The notes under the pieces: generated by a model
The model's input: the letters and a program-made list of their open reading frames with translations, nothing else
What the model was told of the DNA's origin: nothing
Database searches by the model: none
Shown: in pieces, positions 18,176-28,717 of the stretch
Layout: each line of letters starts with the position of its first letter
Numbering within the stretch: the first letter of the stretch is position 1
From: Pseudomonadota bacterium
Lineage (GTDB): Bacteria > Pseudomonadota > Gammaproteobacteria > Steroidobacterales > Woeseiaceae
DNA: 64,000 nt
Direction of reading: 5' to 3'
Assembly (NCBI GenBank): GCA_039027435.1
Contig: JBCCKF010000002.1
Coordinates: 259,009 to 323,008, forward strand
Position numbers and translations under genes: made by a program

Positions 18176-18392
18176 GGACCAGTGCTGCTGTCGGCTCGGA
18201 GCGCGGGACCACACCCTTTACCAAATACGCATAAATCTCAGGATCTTGCGCTTCCAGCAATGCGACAAACTCGGACTGTTGGGCAGAATCTGTTGACTCG
18301 TATCGTTGCTCAAGAAAGGCGAGCAACAACTGGTCGAGCTCCCGCATACCCCGTCGGCACCGCCAGCGCAGCGCTTTGAGATGAGTATCCAA
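18132..18392 (-). CDS. sdhE: FAD assembly factor SdhE (SDHAF2/YgfY family)
   Basis: 86 aa. LRWRCRRGMRELDQLL...FVALLEAQDPEIY includes the conserved RGxxE motif of SdhE. Confidence 0.85.
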   Translation of the reverse strand: MDTHLKALRWRCRRGMRELDQLLLAFLEQRYESTDSAQQSEFVALLEAQDPEIYAYLVKGVVPRSEPTAALVRDILDNARSVSIRT

Positions 18393-18399
18393 ATCGAAC

Positions 18400-19182
18400 T
18401 CAGTGACGGCGCTTGGCCATCATTTTCTTGGTTTCGGCGATCGCTTTCGCGGGATTCAGACCCTTAGGACAGGTTTGCGTGCAGTTCATGATCGTGTGGC
18501 AACGGTACATCTTGAACGGATCTTCTAGGAATTCGAGTCGATCCTCAGTCGCATCATCGCGACTGTCGACCAGCCAGCGGTATGAAGCCAGTAATGCCGC
18601 AGGTCCGAGGTAGCGATCGCTGTTCCACCAATAACTCGGGCAACTCGTAGAACAACACGCACACAAAATACAGGCTGACGGCTCATTGATGAGCTCCTGG
18701 TCTTCTTTGGTTTGTAGCCGCTCCGAGTCGGCCGAGGCAGGCTTGTCAGACTGCAACCAAGGCTTGATGGACGCGTATTGCGCGTAGAAGTTGGTCAGAT
18801 CCGGCACCAGATCCTTGATAACGGGCATGTGTGGGAGCGGATAGATTGTGACCTGATCACCCAAATCCTCCGCTGCTTTGATGCATGCCAGAGTATTGCC
18901 GCCACCGACATTCATCGCACAGGAGCCACAGATGCCTTCGCGGCACGAACGACGGAACGTCAGCGTAGGGTCGATCTCGTTCTTGATCTTGATCAAAGCA
19001 TCAAGAACCATCGGTCCGCAGGTATCCGTGTCTACGTCATAGGTATCCATGCGGGGCGCCGAATCGTTATCCGGATCGTAGCGGTAGATCACGTAGCGTC
19101 GCACATTCGTCGCACCCTCGGGAGCCGCGAAATGACGGCCTTCCGTTGGGCGGCTGTTTTTCGGTAGTCGAAACTCTGCCAT
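18400..19182 (-). CDS. sdhB: succinate dehydrogenase iron-sulfur subunit
   Basis: Cys clusters [24 protein letters not shown] and [17 protein letters not shown]. Confidence 0.95.
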   Translation of the reverse strand: MAEFRLPKNSRPTEGRHFAAPEGATNVRRYVIYRYDPDNDSAPRMDTYDVDTDTCGPMVLDALIKIKNEIDPTLTFRRSCREGICGSCAMNVGGGNTLACIKAAEDLGDQVTIYPLPHMPVIKDLVPDLTNFYAQYASIKPWLQSDKPASADSERLQTKEDQELINEPSACILCACCSTSCPSYWWNSDRYLGPAALLASYRWLVDSRDDATEDRLEFLEDPFKMYRCHTIMNCTQTCPKGLNPAKAIAETKKMMAKRRH

Positions 19183-19214
19183 GTCGTTCTCCTCGGTCGC
19201 AGGACCGTGGTCTC

Positions 19215-21002
19215 CTAGTAAGTTCTCGCCTTCGGCGGGATTGCCTCTACCTCATCGGTCAGTGTCTGGCTGTGCACAGGCCGGTAGTCAATCGAAATAC
19301 CATAACCCTCATCCGTCCATGCGAGCGTGTGCTTCATCCAGTTTTCGTCGTCGCGATCCGGATAATCCTCACGTGCCTGTGCACCACGACTCTCGTGACG
19401 GTTTTCCGCTGAGCAGACCGTCGACATCGCGTTGATCATAAGATTCTCAAGCTCCATCGTCTCGATCAGATCGGTGTTCCAGATCAGCGAGCGGTCTGCG
19501 ACTCTGATGTCCTCCATGCTCGCAGCCGTTGCCTGCATTTTTTCGATGCCTTCTTGCAACAGGGACTCTGTGCGGAATACGGCCGCATGCCGTTGCATGG
19601 TCTTCTGCATCTCAAGGCGAATTTCCGCGGTACCTCGCTCGCCATTCGCATGACGGAGTTTGTCGAGACGCGACACTGCGTAGTCGCCCGCGCTCGCCGG
19701 CAGATCAGGCTGCGAATCGCCGGGCTTCATGGTCTCGGCGCAGAAGCCGGCCGCACCGCGACCGAAAACTACCAGATCCAGCAACGAGTTCGAGCCGAGA
19801 CGATTCGCCCCGTGCACTGACACACAGCCCGCCTCACCAATGGCCATCAGCCCGGGAACCACGGAGTCCGGATCGCCATCTTTGAGTGTAACGACCTGAC
19901 CGCGATAATCAGTGGGAATACCACCCATGTTGTAGTGCACCGTCGGCAATACGGGAATCGGATCCTTATTAACGTCGACGCCTGCGAAAATGCGTGCCGT
20001 CTCGGCGATACCCGGGAGTCGTTCGTCGATGACCTCAGGCCCGAGATGCTCAAGGTGTAAATGGATGTGGTCCTGCTCAGGGCCAACGCCACGCCCTTCC
20101 TGAATCTCGACGGTCATCGACCGGCTGACCACATCACGCGAGGCGAGGTCTTTGGCGTTTGGCGCGTAGCGCTCCATAAAACGCTCGCCTTCCGAGTTGG
20201 TCAGATATCCGCCCTCGCCGCGTGATCCTTCGGTAATCAGGCATCCGGCACCGTAGATGCCGGTCGGGTGGAACTGTACAAATTCCATGTCCTGCAGCGG
20301 CAGTCCGGCGCGCGCCACCATACCACCGCCGTCTCCGGTGCAGGTATGTGCCGACGTGCATGAGAAGTAGGCGCGCCCGTACCCGCCGGTCGCCAGAATG
20401 ACTTTGGCGGCACGGAAGCGATGCAAAGTGCCGTCCGCTAGGTTCAGCGCAACGATGCCGCGGCATTCCCCGTCGACCATGATCAGATCGATCGCAAAGT
20501 ACTCGATGAAGAATTCCGCATCGTGCTTGAGCGACTGCTGATAGAGCGTGTGCAACATTGCGTGACCCGTGCGGTCAGCAGCGGCACAGGTACGCTGCGC
20601 GGTTCCTTCGCCAAAGTGGGTCGTCATGCCGCCAAATGGTCGCTGGTAAATCTTGCCCGCCTCCGTACGCGAGAACGGCACTCCGTAGTGCTCTAGCTCA
20701 ATCACAGCCTGAGGCGCTTCCTTGCACATGTACTCGATCGCGTCCTGATCGCCGAGCCAGTCAGCGCCTTTAACGGTGTCATACATGTGCCAGCGCCAGT
20801 CATCTTCACCCATATTGCCAAGCGCGGCGCTGATGCCGCCTTGTGCCGCAACGGTGTGGCTTCGGGTCGGAAATACTTTGGTCACGCACGCCGTGGTAAA
20901 TCCAGCCTCGGCCAACCCGAACGTTGCGCGCAAGCCCGCCCCGCCGGCGCCCACGACAACCACGTCGTAGGTATGGTCCTGAAATTGATATTCAGCCGTC
21001 AT
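19215..21002 (-). CDS. sdhA: succinate dehydrogenase flavoprotein subunit
   Basis: [13 protein letters not shown], the FAD-histidine region [11 protein letters not shown], and HGANRLG. ATG 21002 is favoured over the TTG at 21017. Confidence 0.95.
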   Translation of the reverse strand: MTAEYQFQDHTYDVVVVGAGGAGLRATFGLAEAGFTTACVTKVFPTRSHTVAAQGGISAALGNMGEDDWRWHMYDTVKGADWLGDQDAIEYMCKEAPQAVIELEHYGVPFSRTEAGKIYQRPFGGMTTHFGEGTAQRTCAAADRTGHAMLHTLYQQSLKHDAEFFIEYFAIDLIMVDGECRGIVALNLADGTLHRFRAAKVILATGGYGRAYFSCTSAHTCTGDGGGMVARAGLPLQDMEFVQFHPTGIYGAGCLITEGSRGEGGYLTNSEGERFMERYAPNAKDLASRDVVSRSMTVEIQEGRGVGPEQDHIHLHLEHLGPEVIDERLPGIAETARIFAGVDVNKDPIPVLPTVHYNMGGIPTDYRGQVVTLKDGDPDSVVPGLMAIGEAGCVSVHGANRLGSNSLLDLVVFGRGAAGFCAETMKPGDSQPDLPASAGDYAVSRLDKLRHANGERGTAEIRLEMQKTMQRHAAVFRTESLLQEGIEKMQATAASMEDIRVADRSLIWNTDLIETMELENLMINAMSTVCSAENRHESRGAQAREDYPDRDDENWMKHTLAWTDEGYGISIDYRPVHSQTLTDEVEAIPPKARTY

Positions 21003-21009
21003 AAATGTT

Positions 21010-21378
21010 TCAACCAAACAAAATTCTTAATAAACAAAAAACCGCAACAGCACCGAGCACCATGTAAGCCACACGTGTCAGTATCATCGTCACAACCTTC
21101 GACTTGCCGCGTACGTAGTCCTCGATGACAACTTGTGTACCCAACGCGGAGTGCGACAGCAGAGTGCCGATAAACACGAGCAAGAGAATTGCATTGATCG
21201 GCGATGAGACAAAAGCGTGTGCACTCGGGTACGAATAATCACCCAGCGTTGCGATCGCAAAAATAAACCATAGTGTCAGAGGGATCATTGCAACCGCACT
21301 CAGCCGTTGGTGCCACCAATGCTCTGTGCCTTCGCTTTCGTCGCCTAACGACAGCAGCCATGTTTTGAGTGATTTCAT
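21010..21378 (-). CDS. sdhD: succinate dehydrogenase membrane anchor subunit
   Basis: 122 aa, three hydrophobic helices, positioned between sdhC and sdhA. Confidence 0.85.
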   Translation of the reverse strand: MKSLKTWLLSLGDESEGTEHWWHQRLSAVAMIPLTLWFIFAIATLGDYSYPSAHAFVSSPINAILLLVFIGTLLSHSALGTQVVIEDYVRGKSKVVTMILTRVAYMVLGAVAVFCLLRILFG

Positions 21379-21403
21379 CGCTAGTGTCCGCTCTATCTTC
21401 TGC

Positions 21404-21784
21404 TCAAATCAGGGTGGCGTACCAGGTTCCCACCGTGGCAGCGGCGCTGACCAATACCACCGCCCAACCTGAGCGTCGTGCCTGCTGCATCTCAAATCCT
21501 TTGCCGGCATCCCAAAACAGATGCCGTATGCCGTTTGCAAGGTGGTAGTACAACGCAAACACAAACCCTGCGATCACCAGCTTGCCGAGGATTGATCCGA
21601 CGACGCTGGTGAACAGTTCATAAGCGCGCTCGCCCGACGCAATCGCAACCAACCATCCTATAAACAACAGAGACCCTGCGCTCAATGCAACACCCGTCAT
21701 GCGGTGCAGAATCGACAACGTCGAGGTGATCCTGAATTTGTACGCCGACAGATGCGGCGAGAGCGGTCTCGTCTTGCTATTCAT
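21404..21784 (-). CDS. sdhC: succinate dehydrogenase cytochrome b556 subunit
   Basis: 126 aa. RPLSPHLSAYKFRITSTLSILHRMTG is typical of SdhC. Confidence 0.9.
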   Translation of the reverse strand: MNSKTRPLSPHLSAYKFRITSTLSILHRMTGVALSAGSLLFIGWLVAIASGERAYELFTSVVGSILGKLVIAGFVFALYYHLANGIRHLFWDAGKGFEMQQARRSGWAVVLVSAAATVGTWYATLI

Positions 21785-21855
21785 TTTGCGGTTTCAGCGT
21801 TCCGTCCCCTGATCAGGCGGTGTCCCCAACGCCGGTTCACGGTTCTTCAGGGTGC

Positions 21856-22116
21856 TCAAAAATCGATGCAGCGCCCGTTTTTCTCCCAATCACCAAAGCG
21901 TGTTGGCTCCGGCCCGTTACGCCCGCCAATTTCTCTGGGTGATATTGATGCTGTGCTGCTTTCAATCGCCTCTGCGGTGGTCGAATCGGAAGGTTTTTCC
22001 GATGTACCCTCAGGAGTCCATACTTGCGGCTGATTCTCGTTTGCATTTGCGGAATCCGCTGTTGATTCAGCGGCTTCCAACGCAACGATCTCGCGATTCT
22101 CGAGCGACTTGTCCAT
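21856..22116 (-). CDS. DUF1674 / SDHAF4-like small protein
   Basis: The C-terminus EIGGRNGPEPTRFGDWEKNGRCIDF matches the DUF1674 signature (GGxxGPEPTRYGDWExxGRxxDF). The start is either ATG 22116 or GTG 22155. Lies 71 nt upstream of sdhC on the same strand. Confidence 0.7.
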   Translation of the reverse strand: MDKSLENREIVALEAAESTADSANANENQPQVWTPEGTSEKPSDSTTAEAIESSTASISPREIGGRNGPEPTRFGDWEKNGRCIDF

Positions 22117-22238
22117 AGGGGTAATTATGCCAGACCCCAAAATGACGCGCAGCACAAAACGGGGCCGAAGATACTCGACAGGAACTCGTCAGCAACGCAA
22201 TATAGAGACGGTTGGTGAGAACCAGAGAACGGCATAGT

Positions 22239-23060
22239 ATGGACAACAACACCACACCCCTACCCGGCTATTGGCTGGCCTTGGTGCGGTGTTCGGGCAA
22301 AGACCGCCTGAGCTTTCTGCAAGGACAATTGACGCAGGACGTTGAAGCACTCGACGCGGAGCATATCGCGCTCCCCGCAGCTTGTTGCGACCCGAAAGGA
22401 CGGGTGATCGCTACGATGACGCTGGTTTGGCAACCCGAAGAAATCGTGATGATCATGCACCACGAGGTCGCCGAGGCGCTGGTCGAACACCTTCTCAAGT
22501 ACCGGCTTCGCGCGGACGTAAAACTCGACCTCCACCCGACCCTGTCCGTAACCGCCGCACTTGCACAGAACACCGGCCACGAGGTTGCCATGTGGCGCAA
22601 GGACACCAACGGCTGGCGCGTCGGTGTGCTGCATGAAGAACTCATCGCAATATCGGACCAGCATCGTCATATCTGCGTGGCCAATGAGCGATGGCAACAA
22701 CTGAGGATGGCAGCCGGTGTACTCGACTTGCCTCTAGCGAGCTCAACACAATACACCCCGCATATGCTGAACCTCGATCAGATCGGCGCCATCAGCTTCT
22801 CAAAGGGATGCTATACAGGGCAGGAAATCGTGGCGCGAACAGAACATCGCGGACAGGTGAAGCGGCGCGCCAGCCTGATGCGCGTTCGCACCGATAAGCA
22901 CCTGGGTGTTAGCGCCGGCCAGACCGTACTTGCCGATGGCAACAAGATCGGCACAGTGGTCTGTGGTGCAGGTCACGTCCTGAGCGCAGTCTGCAATCCC
23001 GTTCCGGACGGATCGAATCTGACGCTGGACGATGGTCGTGACCTGGTGCAGCTCGACTGA
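22239..23060 (+). CDS. ygfZ: folate-binding Fe-S cluster repair / tRNA-modification protein YgfZ
   Basis: The signature KGCYTGQEIVARTEHRGQVKRR lies near the C-terminus. ATG 22239; the ORF track starts at TTG 22212. Confidence 0.85.
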   Translation: MDNNTTPLPGYWLALVRCSGKDRLSFLQGQLTQDVEALDAEHIALPAACCDPKGRVIATMTLVWQPEEIVMIMHHEVAEALVEHLLKYRLRADVKLDLHPTLSVTAALAQNTGHEVAMWRKDTNGWRVGVLHEELIAISDQHRHICVANERWQQLRMAAGVLDLPLASSTQYTPHMLNLDQIGAISFSKGCYTGQEIVARTEHRGQVKRRASLMRVRTDKHLGVSAGQTVLADGNKIGTVVCGAGHVLSAVCNPVPDGSNLTLDDGRDLVQLD

Positions 23061-23061
23061 A

Positions 23062-24576
23062 TTAAACCGAATCCGTTGCTTCAGGGCGCATATGCGGAAA
23101 GAGCAGCACATCACGGATCGACGGGCTATTGGTCACCATCATGACCAGGCGATCGATGCCAACGCCTAAACCAGCCGCCGGTGGCATGCCGTACTCCAGT
23201 GCGCGAATGTAATCGCTGTCGAAATGCATCGCCTCATCATCACCCGCACCACGCGCATCAACCTGCGCCTGAAACCGCTCCGCTTGCTCTTCCGGGTCGT
23301 TCAGTTCAGAGAACCCATTCGCGATCTCCCGCCCTCCGATGAATAATTCGAAGCGATCGGTCAGAAACGGATCGTCGTCGTTCGAACGAGACAAGGGTGA
23401 CACCTCAGCCGGGTAAGACATCATGAAGGTCGGTTGGCGCAAGTTCGGCTCGACGAGTTTCTCGAATAACTCGAGCTGCAATTTGCCAGATCCCCATGCG
23501 TCAACGACCTTGATGCCCAGCCCGGTGGCAAGCTCAGCAAGATGGTCTCGATCTCGCAGTCGTTGCTCATCCAGACCTTTGACGGTCGCGCGCAGGCTAT
23601 CCTCGATCGTCAGGCGTGCAAAGGGCTCGCCAAGATCAATCGTATCGTCCTGCCACGTCAGAGTGGTGGTTCCGACGATAGCCTCTGCAATACCCCGTAA
23701 CATCGTTTCCAGGAGATCGATGAGATCTTCATAATTCGCGTAGGCTTGATACAGCTCCAACATCGTGAATTCCGGGTTGTGCTGCGTGGATAAGCCTTCA
23801 TTGCGAAAGTTACGGTTGATCTCGAAAACACGCTCAAAACCACCGACTACCAGTCGCTTCAGATTGAGCTCTGGCGCAACGCGGAGAAACAGATCCATAT
23901 CGAGTGCGTTGTGGTGAGTAATGAACGGGCGCGCGACAGCGCCACCGGGTGTGGTCTGCATCATGGGCGTCTCTACTTCCATGAAGTCCCGGCCCTCAAG
24001 GAACGCACGGATATACGAGACCACTCTCGTACGCGCTCGAAACACCGCGCGGCTTTCTTCATTGATGATCAGATCAACGTACCGCTGGCGATAGCGCGTT
24101 TCCTTGTCTGAAAGTCCGTGCCATTTTTCCGGTAACGGACGCAACGACTTGGTCACCAGACGCAGCGCATCGACTTTGACCGTAAGCTCATTGGTGCGGG
24201 TCCGAAACAACTCGCCTTCAGCGGCGACGATATCGCCGATATCCCAAGTCTTGAATTCGGCATAGCGACCCTCGGGCAACGCGTCACGCTGAATGTAGAC
24301 CTGAAGCTCACCGGATCTATCGGCGAGTTTTGCAAAACTCGCTTTGCCCATCACCCGTTTGACCATCATGCGACCAGCAATCGCAACGCGTACCGGCGTC
24401 GCTTCGAGAGACGCTGAATCGTGCTCGTCGTACTTGGCGATCACATTCTGAGCCAGGTCACTGCGCTCGATATCATTGGGATAGGCGATGCGTTGCTCGC
24501 GAATCGCAGTCAGCTTAGAACGGCGCTCGGCGATCAGCTTGTTTTCGTCAATAGTTGTTTCGTCAGACATGTTCAC
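23062..24576 (-). CDS. lysS: lysine--tRNA ligase (class II)
   Basis: 504 aa with an OB-fold N-terminus and class II motifs ([38 protein letters not shown]). Confidence 0.95.
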   Translation of the reverse strand: MNMSDETTIDENKLIAERRSKLTAIREQRIAYPNDIERSDLAQNVIAKYDEHDSASLEATPVRVAIAGRMMVKRVMGKASFAKLADRSGELQVYIQRDALPEGRYAEFKTWDIGDIVAAEGELFRTRTNELTVKVDALRLVTKSLRPLPEKWHGLSDKETRYRQRYVDLIINEESRAVFRARTRVVSYIRAFLEGRDFMEVETPMMQTTPGGAVARPFITHHNALDMDLFLRVAPELNLKRLVVGGFERVFEINRNFRNEGLSTQHNPEFTMLELYQAYANYEDLIDLLETMLRGIAEAIVGTTTLTWQDDTIDLGEPFARLTIEDSLRATVKGLDEQRLRDRDHLAELATGLGIKVVDAWGSGKLQLELFEKLVEPNLRQPTFMMSYPAEVSPLSRSNDDDPFLTDRFELFIGGREIANGFSELNDPEEQAERFQAQVDARGAGDDEAMHFDSDYIRALEYGMPPAAGLGVGIDRLVMMVTNSPSIRDVLLFPHMRPEATDSV

Positions 24577-25668
24577 AAACCCTGTTTCAGGCTAGCTTCG
24601 ATGAAGGGATCCAGTGCACCATCGAGAACCGCTTGCGTGTTGCCGGTCTCAACCCCGGTTCGCAAATCCTTGATACGTGACTGGTCGAGTACATAAGAGC
24701 GGATCTGGCTGCCCCATCCAACATCCGCTTTGCTTTCTTCCACAGCTTGCGCTTCGCCCCGCCGTTTCAGCATCTCAAGCTCATAGAGTTTGGATTGCAA
24801 CTGCTTCATCGCGGTCGCTTTGTTCTTGTGCTGCGAGCGATCATTCTGGCACTGAACCACCGTGTTCGTCGGCAGGTGTGTAATCCTCACCGCGGACTCT
24901 GTCCTGTTGACGTGCTGCCCGCCAGCACCGCTCGCTCGGTACACATCGATTCTGAGCTCGGACGGGTCGATCTCGATCTCGAAACTATCGTCGATTTCGG
25001 GAGACACGAACACCGACGCAAACGACGTGTGCCGACGATTACCGGAATCAAACGGCGATTTGCGCACTAGCCGATGCACGCCTGTCTCTGTCCGCAACCA
25101 GCCGAACGCGTATTCTCCTTCCACACGAATGGTCGCACTCTTGATACCGGCGACCTCACCATCCGATGTCTCCACAACCTCGGCCCGAAAGCCGCGCTGC
25201 TCTGCCCAACGCAGGTACATACGCAACAGCATGCTCGCCCAGTCTTGCGCTTCAGTGCCACCGGCACCCGATTGGATGTCGAGAAACGCCGGGGATGGGT
25301 CTTGCTCGCCAGAGAACATGCGACGGAACTCAAGGCCCGCGACAATCTGTTCGAGGGACGCAAGGTCGCTCTCAATCTCACTGACCGTATCTGCATCATC
25401 TTCGGCGACCGCGAGATCCAGCAGCTCACTGGCCTCTTCAAGACCGCCGCCCACCCGATCCAGACCACTGACTACCGACTCGAGACTGCTTCGCTCCTGT
25501 CCGAGTTGTTGCGCGCGTTCGGGTTCGTTCCAGACGTCCGGATCTTCCAGTTCACGACTGACCTCATCGAGACGATCCCGCTTTTCAGCGTAGTCAAAGA
25601 TACCCCCTGAGCGACTCCGACCGTTCGCGCAAGTTCTCGATTTTCTGTTCGATCTGGTTCGTTTCCAT
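24573..25668 (-). CDS. prfB: peptide chain release factor 2, expressed through a programmed +1 frameshift
   Basis: ORF0 [24 protein letters not shown] ends at in-frame TGA 25594-25596. The +1 frame continues [12 protein letters not shown]...[16 protein letters not shown] (GGQ motif) to 24573. Confidence 0.9.
25593..25608 (-). promoter_or_regulatory. prfB recoding site AGGGGG TAT CTT TGA C (internal Shine-Dalgarno + slippery CTT + UGA-C)
   Basis: Read directly on the minus strand. As I recall it, this is identical to the E. coli prfB frameshift cassette. Confidence 0.9.
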
Positions 25669-25698
25669 GGCTCAAGCTCGCCAAAAAAGAGCGCGAGT

Positions 25699-27396
25699 CT
25701 AACACGTCGCTGCAGGTTGCCACTGCTCGATCAACAACTGAGGGCGCCGTGTACCGCGCCATTCGTTAACATCGAGTCGGTATATAAGATCGACTCGGTC
25801 CCCCGGTTGTGGCAGCGCATCGCGAGCCTGTCCAAATGCGATACCATCAATTTGCTGTTCGTCACAGGAGAGATTCAACTTCAAGTGACGAGAACCGACA
25901 ATCCGGGCATGCTCGACTGTGAACGTCCCTTCGAACAGGGGCTCGGGGAAGCGTTGCCCCCAGGGACCGAGCGCTGCAAGACGGTCTGCAAATACGATGC
26001 TGAGTCGGTCCCTGTCCAGAGCACCATCGATCTCAAACGCGGGATCAAATTCAAATCCGGGATACAACCGGGTCATTGCAGCGTCCAATGCATCCCGAAA
26101 TTCGTCGATGGCATTGCCGTTCAGCGTTAAACCGGCGGCCATGGCATGTCCACCGAATTTGATCATGATGCCAGGCACGGTGCGATCAACCTCGGCCAGT
26201 ACATCGCGCAAATGGACGCCGGGTACAGAACGCCCTGAACCCTTGAGTTGTCCGGCGGATTCCACCGCGAAGGCGAAAACGGGTCGATGCACCCGATCCT
26301 TAATCCGTGATGCAACCAGTCCCACCACGCCTTGATGCCAATCCCGATGAAACAGCACTTCACAGCTGCGGGTCTCGGCGTCGCTGAGCTCGATCGCCTC
26401 CACCGCTTCGGCCTGCATCGTAGCCTCAATGTCGCGACGTTGCAGATTGATACTGTGCAGTTGCTCAGCAAGCAACCGCGCTTCGGCAGCGTTATCGGTC
26501 GCAAGACAACGTATGCCCAGCGACATATCCTCAAGTCGGCCAGCCGCATTGAGTCGAGGCGCAACACTGAACCCGAAGTCGGCCGCACGGACATTCCGAG
26601 TATCACGCCCCGCGATTGAAAGCAGCGCAGATATTCCGACGCAGCACTGACCCGCATTAATGCGCTCCAGTCCCGCATTGACGAGAATGCGATTATTGCG
26701 ATCCAGCGGGACCACGTCGGCTACCGTGCCGAGTGCCACAAGATCGAGGTACTGAGCCGGCACACGATGCAGCGACGGGTTGTCGAGTACTCGCGCGACT
26801 GCGGACATGACTGCAAAAGCCACCCCGACACCGGCGAGCATCTTGCTCGGATAGGGATCCCCAACAAGGTTCGGATTGACGATCACATTCGCATCGGGCA
26901 GCACGTCCGGTGGCAAGTGGTGATCCGTCACAACCACATCGATACCCACGCCTCGGGCCGCCGCCACACCCGCGACGCTGGAGATGCCGTTATCGACGGT
27001 CACAATAAGACTGGGCTGCATTTGTTCAGCGACAGCGACCAACTCAGCCGACAAGCCGTAGCCAAACTCAAAGCGATTCGGTACCAGGAAATCGACATGC
27101 GCAAAGCCGAAGGCAGACAGGCAACGCAGCATTAGCGCAGTACTCGTCGCACCATCGGCGTCAAAGTCGCCAACGATCAGTACGCGCCCGTCTCGATGTT
27201 TAGCGATCAGCTCCGCTGCCTGCATCAAGCCAGAGAGCTGGCCGAGCGGGGCGAGGTTGGCAAGATCAAGCGAACGGTCTGCATCAGACTTGACGCCTCT
27301 CGCCGCAAGTATGTTGGCCAGCAATGCATCGGGCTCGGACAACGTATGCTCTGGCACTTCGCGTAAGCGTGAGGCGCGCGGTGCAAACTCATCCAT
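25699..27396 (-). CDS. recJ: single-stranded-DNA-specific exonuclease RecJ
   Basis: 565 aa with DHH motifs ([27 protein letters not shown]) and a DHHA1 domain (GGHAMAAG). Confidence 0.95.
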   Translation of the reverse strand: MDEFAPRASRLREVPEHTLSEPDALLANILAARGVKSDADRSLDLANLAPLGQLSGLMQAAELIAKHRDGRVLIVGDFDADGATSTALMLRCLSAFGFAHVDFLVPNRFEFGYGLSAELVAVAEQMQPSLIVTVDNGISSVAGVAAARGVGIDVVVTDHHLPPDVLPDANVIVNPNLVGDPYPSKMLAGVGVAFAVMSAVARVLDNPSLHRVPAQYLDLVALGTVADVVPLDRNNRILVNAGLERINAGQCCVGISALLSIAGRDTRNVRAADFGFSVAPRLNAAGRLEDMSLGIRCLATDNAAEARLLAEQLHSINLQRRDIEATMQAEAVEAIELSDAETRSCEVLFHRDWHQGVVGLVASRIKDRVHRPVFAFAVESAGQLKGSGRSVPGVHLRDVLAEVDRTVPGIMIKFGGHAMAAGLTLNGNAIDEFRDALDAAMTRLYPGFEFDPAFEIDGALDRDRLSIVFADRLAALGPWGQRFPEPLFEGTFTVEHARIVGSRHLKLNLSCDEQQIDGIAFGQARDALPQPGDRVDLIYRLDVNEWRGTRRPQLLIEQWQPAATC

Positions 27397-28303
27397 CTCG
27401 GTTGCCCACTAAACCGCTAAGCCATCGACGCCAGAGTGGTTGTCGACGTATTCGCCAGACGCCGTCCGCCTCGATAAGCAAGACCGCTTTAACAATCCCG
27501 GTGTCGAGCGACTCGATCGCTTGGTCAGCCGATTCGGACGCAAGAACCACGGTTCCGCCGACGGCTGCATCGTCACGAATTTCCGCACCCACGTGCTGCC
27601 ATACGGCTCGCCAAACCGGGTCATTGACCCGCAAAGGCGGCAACCGCATCTCAACAGGCCCTGGTGCAACACCGGCGCCATGCAACCAAAGCCCGCTGAC
27701 CAACGGTTCAAAATTGGCCGCCCGAGCCTGATTCACGGGATGCGCGTGTAGCGTCATCTGAATTTCGGTCTGGATCCGTTTGATCAACCCGACATCCAGA
27801 CCGTGCATCGGATGATCGCGCAGCGGTTGACCGATTAAGTCATGCGGCGGGGGTGCATTGAATTGCAGATGGGATTCGGATTTCGATGTGAGAAACCCCT
27901 TATCGCCCACGTGTTCCAGCCGACAGTTGGCGAGTAGTGGATCGCGGTCGCTCTCCAGCAGACCGTTGACGGCTTTGGTCAGCGCGGAACGCTCGTCGTC
28001 GCTGAGTCTTGGTATTCCGCTCAACCTAACGTCCCTGAGATCGGCGGCCATCGAGACCCAATCCGCGAAGGCAGCCCAGACCACCGAATATTCAGCTCTC
28101 AGGTATTGGTGCGCCAGTATGGCGGCATGCTGCTCAAACAGGCTCGGAAGATCGGAGTTGTCCGCACGCGTCGTCATCGATTCCCTGGCGCTCGTAAACT
28201 CGGGCTCCTGGAAACGTTGCGTGCCCAAAGACTGGCCGTCGTCGATCACACAGACGACATCCGGCGGCAGTGACTCTGGCAGTAGGTTCGCATACTCTTT
28301 CAT
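27389..28303 (-). CDS. conserved hypothetical protein translationally coupled to recJ (possibly RpfE-type regulatory protein)
   Basis: 304 aa from ATG 28303 (MKEYANLL...). The stop overlaps the recJ start by 8 nt. The segment IQMTLHAHPVNQARAANFEPLVSGLWLHGAG is reminiscent of RpfE-type proteins found next to recJ in Xanthomonas. The ORF-track extension to 28603 overlaps the real opposite-strand gene and is rejected. Confidence 0.45.
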   Translation of the reverse strand: MKEYANLLPESLPPDVVCVIDDGQSLGTQRFQEPEFTSARESMTTRADNSDLPSLFEQHAAILAHQYLRAEYSVVWAAFADWVSMAADLRDVRLSGIPRLSDDERSALTKAVNGLLESDRDPLLANCRLEHVGDKGFLTSKSESHLQFNAPPPHDLIGQPLRDHPMHGLDVGLIKRIQTEIQMTLHAHPVNQARAANFEPLVSGLWLHGAGVAPGPVEMRLPPLRVNDPVWRAVWQHVGAEIRDDAAVGGTVVLASESADQAIESLDTGIVKAVLLIEADGVWRIRRQPLWRRWLSGLVGNRDG

Positions 28304-28351
28304 CGGTCGCGCAGTGTACCGTGCGCGTCGCCATTGCCACAGGATTAGCCA

Positions 28352-28717
28352 ATGCAGTTCGCCAGAGAATCGCTTCAACGCCACACCATCCGACGTTATG
28401 ACCACACGACGGTCTGGATCGCGGATGACGCCTACGAAGGCAGTCTCGCCGTCTCGAGTGACGAAATAGTGACCGACTGGACCTGCAGTACCGTTGAATC
28501 GCTGGACGAGGAGCTGGTGGCTGCCATCGCCGATCTGAAACCCGAGGTGGTGGTCATCGCAACGGGCACCAGTGTCGTGTTCCCCGCCGCCACCGTATTG
28601 CATCCATTGATGCGCGCCGGCATCGGTGTCGAGGTCATGAATGACGGTGCAGCAATCCGCACCTTCAATGTCCTGTTATCGGAAGAACGAAGAGCCGCTC
28701 TGGCGCTAATTCGCTGA
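28352..28717 (+). CDS. Mth938/DUF498-domain protein (NDUFAF3-like fold)
   Basis: 121 aa. The pattern ...SLAVSSDEIV..W........L...........PEVVVIATGTS..FP.......L...GIGVEVMNDGAAIRTFNVLLSEERRAALALI is typical of the Mth938-like family. Confidence 0.65.
   Translation: MQFARESLQRHTIRRYDHTTVWIADDAYEGSLAVSSDEIVTDWTCSTVESLDEELVAAIADLKPEVVVIATGTSVVFPAATVLHPLMRAGIGVEVMNDGAAIRTFNVLLSEERRAALALIR

Noticed and set aside
21001-21045. AT-rich stretch at the end of sdhD (TTT TGT TTA TTA AGA ATT TTG TTT GGT TGA)
   Set aside because: It is short and lies exactly at the translation-initiation region of sdhA, where low structure and AT-richness are expected. It is not comparable in extent to the nagZ patch.
22117-22238. 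Spacer of about 120 bp between the DUF1674 gene and ygfZ, considered as a possible small RNA (for example 6S) locus
   Set aside because: It is too short for 6S RNA, has no obvious extended hairpin, and is most simply a divergent promoter region.
25472-25762. 96-aa minus-strand ORF spanning the recJ end, the prfB start and the frameshift region
   Set aside because: It is an artefact of the alternative frame around the prfB frameshift. It is explained by prfB ORF0 plus the recJ 3' end.
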